In this document: one piece after another, positions 28,365-37,424 of the stretch
How positions within the stretch are numbered: the first letter of the stretch is position 1
Layout of the letters: each line of letters opens with the position of its first letter
Assembly (NCBI GenBank): GCA_002011035.2
Contig: MTLY02000002.1
Span: 32,001-96,000 of the forward strand
DNA from: Candidatus Hecatella orcuttiae
GTDB taxonomy: Archaea > Thermoproteota > Bathyarchaeia > Hecatellales > Hecatellaceae
Direction: 5' to 3'
Length of the DNA: 64,000 nt
The notes under the pieces: generated by a model
Told to the model about the DNA's origin: nothing
What the model saw: only the letters and a program-made list of their open reading frames with translations
Database searches by the model: none
Position numbers and translations under genes: made by a program

Positions 28365-28562
28365 TTAGCCTGAAAGTGCGCCGTGTTTTTTGATCTTGGT
28401 GATGTAACCTGCTATCTGGTCTTTGATTTTCTTCGACTCCGACCCAGTGAGTTCGTCTACTATTTTTTTGTTATGTTCAAAATCGGCTGTGAAGAGGTTG
28501 GAATACCTTTCCATCAGAGTCTTGGAAATCCTCTTGACTAGCGCTGTCTTAATGCGGCCCAA
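28365..28562 (-). CDS. rps17e: 30S ribosomal protein S17e
   Basis: GRIKT..VKR, FTADFEHNK and IAGYIT motifs. Confidence 0.92.
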   Translation of the reverse strand: MGRIKTALVKRISKTLMERYSNLFTADFEHNKKIVDELTGSESKKIKDQIAGYITKIKKHGALSG

Positions 28563-28779
28563 GCTTCACTCCCAGCACAGCCATAGATGGTTTCGTGAAC
28601 TTCAATAAATCATTTTGCATGAGGGCTGAAAAACTGTTTTCTCGATTTTTTCGGTAAACTCGCCTTTTTTTGAGGGAGAGTGCTTCTTCAGTTCATTTTT
28701 TAAGCTGAAAGTTAACGTTAAGCCGATGCAAAAGTTTATTATGTGATTTAGGCTAAAAATATTATTGGTGCATGGAAAA

Positions 28780-29001
28780 ATGTCCGAAAAAGAGATGTCC
28801 CTCGCCCCTCTCCACAGGCTGATAAAAAAGGCTGGCGCCTACAGGGTTAGTGAGTCAGCTGCCGATGAGTTGAGGAGATCCCTAGAGGACTTGGCGGTTA
28901 AAATAGCCAAGGAAGCCATGGATTACTGCGCTCACGCGGGAAGAAAAACCGTGAAAAGGGAAGACATCGAGCTGGCCTTGAAGAAACTTCTGAGGGAATA
29001 A
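28780..29001 (+). CDS. Archaeal histone (HMf-type)
   Basis: LAPLHRLIKKAGAYRVS...A.HAGRKTVKREDIELA. Confidence 0.92.
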   Translation: MSEKEMSLAPLHRLIKKAGAYRVSESAADELRRSLEDLAVKIAKEAMDYCAHAGRKTVKREDIELALKKLLRE

Positions 29002-29192
29002 CACCATTTCAGCTCCGATGCTCGCCATCTGAAAGCTGAAGTTGCTGAGAGCTTCACTCTCACACTAATCCTTACTTTCGAAGTCTTTCTTAAACTGAAC
29101 GTAAGCTGATCCAGCTTTCTATATGGAGTTCTGAAATGGTTTGCAGGGAAGAGAAAAAAATAAGGGCAGCCATTTAATACTTCGAAGAATGT

Positions 29193-29314
29193 AGCCCGGT
29201 GGTGTAGCGGTCAAGCATAGCGGGCTTTGGCTCGCCCTTCCGCGAGAAGAAACCCGCCGACGGGAGTTCGAAAGGCGCTTTCAAGGCAGCCCGAAAGTCT
29301 CCCCCGGGCTACCA
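29193..29314 (+). tRNA. tRNA-Gln(TTG) with two introns (37/38 and T-loop) and encoded CCA
   Basis: A1-U72 acceptor AGCCCGG/CCGGGCT; anticodon CT-TTG-G, 21-nt intron 29231-29251; second ~25-nt intron after GTTCGA; spliced length 73 nt plus CCA. Confidence 0.85.
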
Positions 29315-29325
29315 TACCCGCGGTT

Positions 29326-30435
29326 TTATGTGCGGGCTTTCTCAGCCTTCCATTTTTCCAGTTCTCCGTCGACGGTTGGGATCGTTTCTTCGGGTATTGC
29401 GCATCGCATGGGGCCTCCTCGGCAGCCTCCGCTCCAGTAGCAGATTCTGTGGCTTCTGAGGGCTATGATGTCCTTGGCTTTGAGGGGTTCGCAGCCTTGC
29501 ATTCTCAGTTTGGCGGCTATATCCTCTGTCAAGGCTCCTCCACGAGCAGCGTCCCATCTGCCCTCCCGGTATAGTTGGATTAAAGCTTTCAGAAAACAGT
29601 AGACTTTTTCTCCTCTCTCGTCAAGAACTTTCCTCACCATGTCCCGGACAGAGTTCCTTCTGTCACCCAGTTCGAAGCCTCTTTTTTTATCGAAAAAATA
29701 ATGCTCCCCTACAAACCGGTCGATGTTGATCCAGACAGGCCATCCGACCTTGTTGAGGATTTCAATGAATTTCTCGTCGGAGTTCACTTGGATGATTTTT
29801 TCTAAAGCTTCCTCTCTTTCCCTGTCGGTGAAAAACTGGAGTTTAGCCGTTTTATGTTTTTCATCAAACTGGTTAAACCATTCCAGCCCTGCCTGCTTCC
29901 CCATGTTGTAGAGGTCTTTGTCGTTGTAGTAAAATCGTTTAATCAACATCCTTCTCTCTGCCAACTTATCTGCGTGTTCACCTGCAAGGCGGGGGGCTTC
30001 ATCTTCTACGTCCACTATTTCCAGCTTGAACTTTATCGCTCGCCCGGCTAGGGGATGGTTCAAGTCGAGAGTAACACTGTCCTCCCTCACCTCCACGATG
30101 GTGGCCATCTGGGTTTTCCCCTCCTCGGTTTTCAGCTGAACAATGACTCCCTCCTTAATCTGCTCAGATGGCCCTTGGAACATTTCCTTGGGAATTTCAA
30201 CTGTCAGGTTTTCTTCCCGTATACCGTGGGCTTTCTCCGGGGGGATGATGACGGTTTTCTTGACCCCTTTCTCAAGCCCCAACACAGCTTCTTCTAAGCC
30301 TAGAAGAACGCGGCCTTCCCCCACTCTAAACTCGATGGGGTCTCTGTGAAGGGTGGAATCGACCACGCGGCCGTCAACTTCGGCGATGTAATGCACCTTC
30401 ACAAGGCTTCCTTTCTCAACAACCAAAAACTTCAA
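29326..30435 (-). CDS. FKBP-type (SlyD-like) peptidyl-prolyl isomerase fused to a ~220-aa unknown domain
   Basis: VKVHY...DST, IPPEKAHG and DLNHPLAG in the first ~145 aa; uncharacterised C-terminal part. Confidence 0.8.
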   Translation of the reverse strand: MKFLVVEKGSLVKVHYIAEVDGRVVDSTLHRDPIEFRVGEGRVLLGLEEAVLGLEKGVKKTVIIPPEKAHGIREENLTVEIPKEMFQGPSEQIKEGVIVQLKTEEGKTQMATIVEVREDSVTLDLNHPLAGRAIKFKLEIVDVEDEAPRLAGEHADKLAERRMLIKRFYYNDKDLYNMGKQAGLEWFNQFDEKHKTAKLQFFTDREREEALEKIIQVNSDEKFIEILNKVGWPVWINIDRFVGEHYFFDKKRGFELGDRRNSVRDMVRKVLDERGEKVYCFLKALIQLYREGRWDAARGGALTEDIAAKLRMQGCEPLKAKDIIALRSHRICYWSGGCRGGPMRCAIPEETIPTVDGELEKWKAEKART

Positions 30436-30569
30436 CCTCTCTGAAGATGAAAAGATAGTTCGATATAAATACTCTCCTCCATCGAAAAGGAAAGGGCAAC
30501 GCGAAACCGAAAGGAAAAATCATAAAGATGGGAAGCCCGTTAACCTATCGTCCGTGAAGGCAGAAACCC

Positions 30570-31169
30570 ATGTTGACGAAGCTGAGAATCCGCGTGGAAG
30601 AGCTGCTGTGTACACTAGCCGAAGGGCTTCTGAAAGCCGGCGTCGGCCCCAACACCATGACCGCCCTAGGTTTCATCCTAGCGGTTTCCGCAGGCTATTT
30701 TTACGCGTTTTCCCCCCAACCACGGTTTATTTGGCTGGCTGCCTCCCTACTCCTTATCTCAGGACTGTTCGATGCTTTGGACGGGGCGGCGGCTAGGCTC
30801 AGCGGCCGGGCTACGAGTTTCGGAAGCTTCTTAGACTCTCTGCTGGACAGATACAGCGACGTAGCTGTCATCTTCGGAATCACTCTCTCTTACAGGGAAG
30901 TTTCAGTCCTCGGGGTTTCCGGAATGATATGGGGAATACTGGCTCTCACCGGTTCTCTGTTGGTGAGCTACACCAGAGCGAAGGGGGAAAGCCTAGGCAT
31001 TTCCATGGGGGGAGTAGGCTTGGCGGAAAGGCCGGAGCGCATCCTCATCATATTTGCTTCCAGCATCTTCCTCCGGCCGGATTTGGGTTTGGCCGCTGTG
31101 GCCGTGTTATCCAACCTAACCGTGGCTCATAGGAGCCTTCACATTTACCGCCAATCCAAGCCCAAATAA
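30570..31169 (+). CDS. CDP-alcohol phosphatidyltransferase (archaetidylinositol phosphate synthase-like)
   Basis: DALDGAAAR...GSFLDSLLDRYSD, SYTRAKGE and ERPER motifs. Confidence 0.88.
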   Translation: MLTKLRIRVEELLCTLAEGLLKAGVGPNTMTALGFILAVSAGYFYAFSPQPRFIWLAASLLLISGLFDALDGAAARLSGRATSFGSFLDSLLDRYSDVAVIFGITLSYREVSVLGVSGMIWGILALTGSLLVSYTRAKGESLGISMGGVGLAERPERILIIFASSIFLRPDLGLAAVAVLSNLTVAHRSLHIYRQSKPK

Positions 31170-31224
31170 GCTGGCTTTTAACCTCCGCTTTCGCCTTCAA
31201 AGTGACACCTGCGGTTGAAAAGAG

Positions 31225-32073
31225 CTAGGATGCTTCCAGCTGCTTGAACATCTTCAAATATTCGGTTTTGATGTCTTTCTCCCTCTCCTCGCTTCCTAAG
31301 ACTTTCACCAAAAGCTCGGAGGGATATTTCTTCAAGTCCTCCATCAGGAAGCGAGGGGAGGTGAGCAGAAAATAGGGCTTGGCAAGTTGAACCAGTTTTT
31401 CAGCTTCCCATCCTCCCCTCTGGATGGCCGCCCTGATCTCTTCAACCTCGATGCCTAAGGCTCTGGAGAAATAGTGAGCGGATAGAGACACTGCCTTTTC
31501 CAAGGTTTCTTCGAAGGAGATAGGGAGATAGAAGAGAGGCTTCCTCAGCCACCACCTCTTCTCTAGTCTCGGAGTCAGATAGAGGTAGTGCCGGATGGGT
31601 GTGCCTGCGAATTTTTCCCTAACCTCTTCGTTGACGCTTAACATTCTTTTACCTATCCCCGCGAGGAGGATGGGCATGGGGAGGGGGCTCAACTTTTCCA
31701 CCGCCTTTTCCATCGCCTCTCTCCATATCTCTAAGGGCTTCCCCCTCTTTCTTTTGAGGGGATATTTCGAAGATCCGAGAACCAAGGCTATACCGGCATG
31801 CCTCTCTCTGCCTTCCACTGTGCGGACGAATTCTTCCAGAAGCCTCTCCGAATCTTCAGCTAGAATTTGCAGAGTGTACACAGCACGGCTTCGCCCTTGT
31901 GTTTCGCAGGCTTCCAAAAACCTTTGATACGACCTCAGGGGTAGGCCTTCTTTTTCGGCGTCGAAAACATGGTACTGTGTCAGCTTGGGGGCGCTACCTA
32001 TGAGGTTGACGATGTCCTCATCGGAGATCTCGCTTCTCTTGTAAGCGAAACCGACTAAGCGGCTGTTTTCCAT
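31225..32073 (-). CDS. Hypothetical protein
   Basis: 282-aa ORF with a TATA-like TTTAAATA upstream; no motif recognised. Confidence 0.65.
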   Translation of the reverse strand: MENSRLVGFAYKRSEISDEDIVNLIGSAPKLTQYHVFDAEKEGLPLRSYQRFLEACETQGRSRAVYTLQILAEDSERLLEEFVRTVEGRERHAGIALVLGSSKYPLKRKRGKPLEIWREAMEKAVEKLSPLPMPILLAGIGKRMLSVNEEVREKFAGTPIRHYLYLTPRLEKRWWLRKPLFYLPISFEETLEKAVSLSAHYFSRALGIEVEEIRAAIQRGGWEAEKLVQLAKPYFLLTSPRFLMEDLKKYPSELLVKVLGSEEREKDIKTEYLKMFKQLEAS

Positions 32074-32176
32074 TTTCCAAAGAGAATTGGGCGGCTTCTC
32101 CTTATTTAAATTTCACAGCACGGGTGAATAGGCTTATCGGGTGGGGCGTCTAAACAATTGTTTAGGGGACGTTATC

Positions 32177-32633
32177 TTGGTTGAGGTAGGCGATATGGCT
32201 CCGGACTTCACCCTCATGTCCGACAGCGGCAGGGAGGTTTCCTTAAGGATTACCGGGGAAAGAAAGTGGTCCTCTACTTTTACCCGAAGGACGGAACTCC
32301 CGGATGCACCCAAGAAGCTAAGGAGTTCAGGGATTTAGGTGAGAAGTTTGAGGAGGAAGACGTGGTCATCTTGGGAGTGAGCAAAGACAGCGTTGAGTCT
32401 CACCGGAAATTTAAGGAGAAAAACCGTCTGCCCTCCCCCTTCTAAGCGACCCGGAGGGGAATGTTCTGGACCTCTACGGGGTTTGGAAGCGGAAAAGTCT
32501 TTACGGCAGAAGTTTTCTAGGCGTGGAGAGAACCACCTTTCTCATCGACGAGGAAGGGAAGGTGGTGAAAATCTATCGGCAGGTTAAGGTGAAGGATCAT
32601 GCGAAAACCTGTCTCCTTGACCTCGCAGGTTGA
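32177..32633 (+). pseudogene. bcp: Bcp/PrxQ peroxiredoxin with two single-base frameshifts
   Basis: Joining three frames gives [10 protein letters not shown] / [15 protein letters not shown]...GVSKDS / LLSDPEG...GVERTTFLID; shifts at ~32245 and ~32435. Confidence 0.8.
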
Positions 32634-32640
32634 GCGACGG

Positions 32641-33687
32641 CTACCCCGTAGGTTTTGCCCGTCCTCCAGCTGGCTTTCCTAGGCTTGACTTCGGTGAAAC
32701 CCGAATGGGCAGCCGGCTTTTCCGCCGAGTTTTCTCCCATTCCTTGTAGGAGGTAATGTTCAGCCTCCTGATTTCAGCTTCAAAATCCAGCTCCGTGAAG
32801 ACTCCCCTCCGGTGTAGGGCTTCGTTGGCTTCCCAGAGGGATTTGGAGCCTTGAATCCTCTGAGCTAAGGGGCTTAGGCTGAACAAGGTTTTTGCATCGA
32901 GGTAGAAGGTGAGGGTTGAAAGAATCGATACGTGAACCTTCCTCGTTCCCTCCCTTATGCGTGTTAGGCCTCTGAATCCCCTGGCGGCCATGAGGGGAAT
33001 GTTGCTGGCCTCGGTGAAAACCATCTGCGAAATTTTTTCCATGAGTTTTACATCCTCAGCGGTCATTCCCCAAGCTCCGAGATAACCCCCCGCCCTCGCC
33101 ACCTCAGAAAGCCGGCTTAAAATCTGTCCTCCGGAGAGTTCCCCGTCGCTTCCAAACCCGAAGACGCCGATGACCGGTGAGCCCCCCAGCTGGGCTAGGG
33201 CTGAAAGCATCATGGCGTCGGCTAATGGGGAGCGCAGGCCTTTTTCGCTCCCTTTCGCCAAGACATCTCCTCCGCTGTCGATGCCGAAGACTAAGTTCAC
33301 GCCCAGCTTCTTCAAAGCCTCTTTCAGGCCCGTACATAGGCCTTCAACTCCCAAGGTCAAGTCCAGGAGGAGAACTTTTTCACCCGTAGCCTCTGCGAAC
33401 CTAGCTGCTTGGAAGACGACGCCTTTCCTGCTCTTAGTCTTCTTCCCCGCCAAGGCAACGGTTTCGGAAAGAGGGTAAATGTTTTCCATTTCTTTTAGAG
33501 GACGAGGCCCCGGCTCAGAGTCCACCACAAACCTTTCCCAAGGGACGGTTCCGAAAAACACCTCCCAACCGGCATGCTTGAGGAGATTGGCTGTAGGGAC
33601 AGTGGCGAGAATGTCTCCTCCGCCTCCTATTCCCGCCACCAAACACCGCCCACCCTCAGCTTTACCGAGAACTTTCTCCAAGAACAT
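32641..33687 (-). CDS. DUF1152 family protein
   Basis: GIGGGGD, WERFVVD..PGP, DSGGDVL, LRSPLAD and GSDGEL motifs. Confidence 0.75.
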   Translation of the reverse strand: MFLEKVLGKAEGGRCLVAGIGGGGDILATVPTANLLKHAGWEVFFGTVPWERFVVDSEPGPRPLKEMENIYPLSETVALAGKKTKSRKGVVFQAARFAEATGEKVLLLDLTLGVEGLCTGLKEALKKLGVNLVFGIDSGGDVLAKGSEKGLRSPLADAMMLSALAQLGGSPVIGVFGFGSDGELSGGQILSRLSEVARAGGYLGAWGMTAEDVKLMEKISQMVFTEASNIPLMAARGFRGLTRIREGTRKVHVSILSTLTFYLDAKTLFSLSPLAQRIQGSKSLWEANEALHRRGVFTELDFEAEIRRLNITSYKEWEKTRRKSRLPIRVSPKSSLGKPAGGRAKPTG

Positions 33688-33745
33688 GGGGTGAACCCCC
33701 GGAGTCTGTTTTTCGGGGTGGTTGAAGCTGAGCCTAGGCGGCCTT

Positions 33746-33931
33746 TCAGTCTGGCTCTGGGAAATACACAGCCTTACGGGTGATTTCCAGAGAGCAGGCG
33801 TTATGGGTTGAGCAGTGCCGCTGGCATGCTTGAGCGGTTTCCTCATCGGAGTAACCCAACCCGCATAGTTCGCAGGTGTAAACGTCTTTCCCGTCCTTCC
33901 TTATCTTTTTAACCAAAGTGCCACCATCCAT
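33746..33931 (-). CDS. Small Cys-rich Zn-finger-like archaeal protein
   Basis: YTCELCGLGY...A.ACQ.HC..HNACSLEITRKA. Confidence 0.7.
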   Translation of the reverse strand: MDGGTLVKKIRKDGKDVYTCELCGLGYSDEETAQACQRHCSTHNACSLEITRKAVYFPEPD

Positions 33932-33994
33932 CGAAAGCCTTAAAGAAGTAAAGTCCGCCTCTTTTTAAAGGTTTAAAACCTTTCCCACCCCAAG

Positions 33995-34456
33995 ATGGGC
34001 GGAGGAGAAGGGGAAATAATACCTCGTCTAGCGGCAGTAGGCTTGGCCTTAAGCGCGGCCGGAGCTGCCTTAGATTTCACCTCAGGAACCCTCATGCTTC
34101 AAAGGACTTTCATGCCCACAATGCCCGGCATGGGAATGGGGATGAGGATGGCCGCTTTCCCCGCCTACGCTGCTTGGTGGGCTTTTCTGCTGTATGCCCT
34201 CGGAAGCCTGCTCATAGTCACGGGAATCCTCGGAGCCACAAGGATGAGTATGGGAAGGATGCATGTCTTCGGAGCTCTGATGGCAACTTACGGGGTTATC
34301 ATGCTGGCCGTCGGAGCCCTGATGCTCTCGGGAGTTACACCCATGATGCAAGGGGCCGTCTTCTCCGGCTTGGGGATGCTCGCCGTAGGGGCAGGTATGA
34401 CAGTTAACGGGCTGCTAATGGTCGCCAGCCAAAAGGTCATGAAGCCCAGCACCTAA
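33995..34456 (+). CDS. Methionine-rich 4-TM membrane protein
   Basis: 20 Met in 153 aa, including the MPTMPGMGMGMRM loop. Confidence 0.65.
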   Translation: MGGGEGEIIPRLAAVGLALSAAGAALDFTSGTLMLQRTFMPTMPGMGMGMRMAAFPAYAAWWAFLLYALGSLLIVTGILGATRMSMGRMHVFGALMATYGVIMLAVGALMLSGVTPMMQGAVFSGLGMLAVGAGMTVNGLLMVASQKVMKPST

Positions 34457-34632
34457 GCCGCAACAGAAGATGTCGTTCCTCCCCACCGTGCTAAAGGGGA
34501 TTGGGGGAATTTGGAGTTTAACCATTATGCTGAAAATCCGCAGGCTAATACGCAGGGATGGGAAATGAACCTACGTCTTCTATTAAACATGAAGAAACTC
34601 CCCCTTCCAGCCTCCTTCCTCAAAAAGAGAGG

Positions 34633-34717
34633 TGGAGGGGGTGGGATTTGAACCCACGAGGGCCTACGCCACGGGATCTTGAGTCCCGCCCGTTTAACCT
34701 GGCTTCGGTACCCCTCC
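34633..34717 (-). tRNA. tRNA-Leu(CAA)
   Basis: GGAGGGG/CCCCTCC acceptor, CGGGA-CTCAAGA-TCCCG anticodon arm, long variable arm, GGTTCAAATCC. Confidence 0.93.
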
Positions 34718-34878
34718 TTTGAGGCTATGAGGTTGGTAGCTTCAGGACCCTAAAATATCTTCACTCTTTCGGAAGACTTGTAGTTTGGTAAGCGCTAGGT
34801 ATAATAAACCTAGCTTCCATCCCTCCCTTGAAGGCTTCTACTCAAACGGACGCTTTCAGACTCTTCAAGGGAATAACA

Positions 34879-35370
34879 ATGGATCGAGAGTGGTATCGAA
34901 AGAAGGTTAGGGAAAGCCAGGATTTCGGAGACCTCTTCGAAGTAGTCAAGAAATCCGTTCTAGAAGTGCTGGGCCACCAGAGAGCTGGGCTGATGCTTTA
35001 CCTAGCTGACTTACCGCTTTACGTGGGCGCCTATCATGGAGTGAACTCCAACACCATCGTCGTCAACCGGGCTTTGCTCAGGCTGGTACGCGAGGAGACA
35101 GAGTCAGCGGAGGAAATGAACTCCTTCGTCTACGTCCTCCTCCTCCACGAGTACCTCCATTCTTTAGGGTTTGTGGACGAAACTCAGGTCAAAAACCTAG
35201 CCAGACGTGTGGCCTTGGAGACCCTCGGAGAGGAGCACCCAGCGGCTAAGGCCTCTCAAGACCCTTACTCCTTGCTGAAGCGCAGGATCCCCTTGGACAC
35301 CCCCTTTGCCATGGACGCGCCGGAGCTCGTCAAGGATTTTGATAGGCAAGCTCAACGCTACTTCGTCTAG
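34879..35370 (+). CDS. Conserved HExxH (zincin-like) protein
   Basis: LLHEYLHSLG motif. Confidence 0.7.
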   Translation: MDREWYRKKVRESQDFGDLFEVVKKSVLEVLGHQRAGLMLYLADLPLYVGAYHGVNSNTIVVNRALLRLVREETESAEEMNSFVYVLLLHEYLHSLGFVDETQVKNLARRVALETLGEEHPAAKASQDPYSLLKRRIPLDTPFAMDAPELVKDFDRQAQRYFV

Positions 35371-36087
35371 TCACAGGGCCACTCTGATGCGGCCTATTAA
35401 CTCCAATTCTCGCCCTGTAAACCGGGCTGAGTACGCATAGACTTCCAGTCCGCCCAAGGCGGCCTCCCTCAGGGAAGCTGCAAACCTAGGGTCCGCAGCG
35501 GAGTTGGCAGTGAAAACTTCAGCATCCTCCCTCTGCACCACGAAAACTAAGCAAGCCCGATGACCCATTTCCAAGGTTTCCGTTAGCTCTTTAACATGTC
35601 TTCGACCCCGCTCCGTGGGGGCGTCTGGAAAGAGGGCAACTCTTTCCCTCACCAGCGTGCAGGATTTCACCTCTACCCAACACTCGCCACCCGAAGAATC
35701 GGCGAGGAGGAAATCGAAACGGCTTCCCCTGAACCTGGGTTCAGAGCGGATGATCCGATAGCCCCTGAACTCCTCTAAAAGGCCCCGGCTCAGAGCCTCC
35801 GCCACAACTTGGTTAGGCAGCCTAGCGTCCACGGAAACCTTAACCCCTCCGGGGAGAACAACCCCTACAAGGGTGTAACGGGTTTTTCTTCCCTTCGAAC
35901 AGGCTGCTTCGGCGAGGATGACTCTGCGTCCCGGCTTCAAAAGCTCCTCCAGCCTTCCAGAATTTGGGAGAAAGCAGACTTCCTTCCGGTGGTTTACTTC
36001 AAGTTTAACTGCGGCTGAAAACCGGGTAAGCCTTTTGAGGAAAAGGCCCTCCCTCAGCCGGCCTTGGAGAGGGATGGTGCACTTCAA
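35371..36087 (-). CDS. sfsA: SfsA family PD-(D/E)xK nuclease
   Basis: PNSGRL.ELL, RFDFLL, VEVKSCTL and FPDAPTERGRRH motifs. Confidence 0.9.
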   Translation of the reverse strand: MKCTIPLQGRLREGLFLKRLTRFSAAVKLEVNHRKEVCFLPNSGRLEELLKPGRRVILAEAACSKGRKTRYTLVGVVLPGGVKVSVDARLPNQVVAEALSRGLLEEFRGYRIIRSEPRFRGSRFDFLLADSSGGECWVEVKSCTLVRERVALFPDAPTERGRRHVKELTETLEMGHRACLVFVVQREDAEVFTANSAADPRFAASLREAALGGLEVYAYSARFTGRELELIGRIRVAL

Positions 36088-36336
36088 AGTTGGAGCTCCT
36101 TAAAGGTGAACCGTGACAGAGGGTGATCAATTTCCTCTTTTCTGCTTTCCATATCAATCCTATGTTCTATCAGACGCTGCCGAGGGTTTCTAGAATCTTG
36201 AGGGGGATACATTCATCCTCTTACTTTCGTGAGAGCACGAGGGCAGAGAAAAAGGTTATGCTCGCGACTCCCCCAAGGGTTTGGAGGGATAACTCTCCAT
36301 GGCTTACCGAAGTTTATTGAGTTGCTTTGTTTTTCT

Positions 36337-37185
36337 TTAAAAAGGCGTCATTTTGATGTCTAAGGCTGTTTGAAACCAGCGGGGTCCTGTTGACCTGACA
36401 ATCCGTCCGTTAGAGATGGTGAATTTCCCTTCGAGTCTGCGGGCAACCTTCTCCACTGTTTTAACTACCGGGTCTTCTCCCTTGGCAGCGTGGACAAAGT
36501 CATAGTAGTGGATCCAGCCTTCTCCGCCGGGTTTTAGACATTGCACAGCGTAGGGAAGGTACTCGTAGGCTTTGGCTGGGAGGGGCATGAGGACTCTGTC
36601 GGCGGTTCCTCGGAGCCTTTGGGCGGCTTCTTTGGCGTCGGCGAGGATGGGCTCCACCACGCTTTCCACTCTGTTCAATCGGATGTTTTCCTCCAGGTAT
36701 CGAACTGCATCAGGGTTAATGTCGATGGAGTAGACCTTAGCCGGCTTGGCTATCTTGGCTATCACCATACTGAAGCTTCCCACCCCAGCGAACATGTTTA
36801 CCACAACCTCCCAAGGCTCTACCATCTCCGCTATCCTCCTTCTCTCGAATTGAAGCTTGGGTGAAAAATAGGCTTTGGAAACGTCCACCTTCAGAAGGCA
36901 GCCGTGCTCCCTGTGCACGGTTTCGGTTCTATTTTCACCGTAGATAAGCTGGAGCCCCCGGGTTCTGAAGCCGCCTTCCACCGGGCCTATCTGCTTGAAA
37001 ACGGACTTAACCTGCTTGTTCAACATCGCCACCGCCTCGCCTAAAAGCCTCTCTTGGGCAGCTGAGAGTGCCGGAAGCTTGAGGATAGCAATGTCCCCTA
37101 TTATCTCCAAGGAGGAATGTAGGTCTAACTTCTCCCCGCCAGGGAAGACCTTCTTCAGGTAGTCTTTGAAGCTTCTTCCCCGCAT
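36337..37185 (-). CDS. Trm5/Taw2 family tRNA modification SAM-dependent transferase
   Basis: IGDIAI, H.EHGC..KVD..KAYFSP, NMFAGVGSF, DINP.A and DRVLMPLP motifs. Confidence 0.85.
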   Translation of the reverse strand: MRGRSFKDYLKKVFPGGEKLDLHSSLEIIGDIAILKLPALSAAQERLLGEAVAMLNKQVKSVFKQIGPVEGGFRTRGLQLIYGENRTETVHREHGCLLKVDVSKAYFSPKLQFERRRIAEMVEPWEVVVNMFAGVGSFSMVIAKIAKPAKVYSIDINPDAVRYLEENIRLNRVESVVEPILADAKEAAQRLRGTADRVLMPLPAKAYEYLPYAVQCLKPGGEGWIHYYDFVHAAKGEDPVVKTVEKVARRLEGKFTISNGRIVRSTGPRWFQTALDIKMTPF

Positions 37186-37259
37186 GTTCAGAGCTCCTTG
37201 AAGAAGGTTTATTAGGCCTGTGAACTAAAAATGCTAGTCTTCAGGAGGACCTTCAACCC

Positions 37260-37424
37260 ATGGCCGGAGAAAAAAGTGGGATCCAGTATCAGTGTTTCCG
37301 ATGTGGAAAGAAGGTGTACTATGAAGAGTTGACAGCCATGCCTGAACTTAAGTGCCCTGAGTGCGGATATAAGATCCTGAAAAAAGTTAGGCCGCCTATC
37401 GTAAAACACGTTAAGGCCCGCTAG
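37260..37424 (+). CDS. rpo12: DNA-directed RNA polymerase subunit Rpo12 (RpoP); missing from the ORF track
   Basis: MAGEKSGIQYQCFRCGKKV...LKCPECGYKILKKVRPPIVKHVKAR; GGAGG RBS upstream. Confidence 0.9.
   Translation: MAGEKSGIQYQCFRCGKKVYYEELTAMPELKCPECGYKILKKVRPPIVKHVKAR

Noticed and set aside
29008-29040. Stem-loop after the histone gene as an analogue of the eukaryotic histone 3' stem-loop, or an sRNA
   Set aside because: No sequence resemblance and no convincing C/D boxes; more simply a terminator or stability hairpin
29227-29574. 115-aa + strand ORF
   Set aside because: Overlaps the tRNA-Gln and is antisense to the PPIase fusion gene
36165-36225. Possible third C/D sRNA on the minus strand (AGGATGA...CTGA)
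   Set aside because: No clear internal D'/C' boxes, terminal stem, promoter or target
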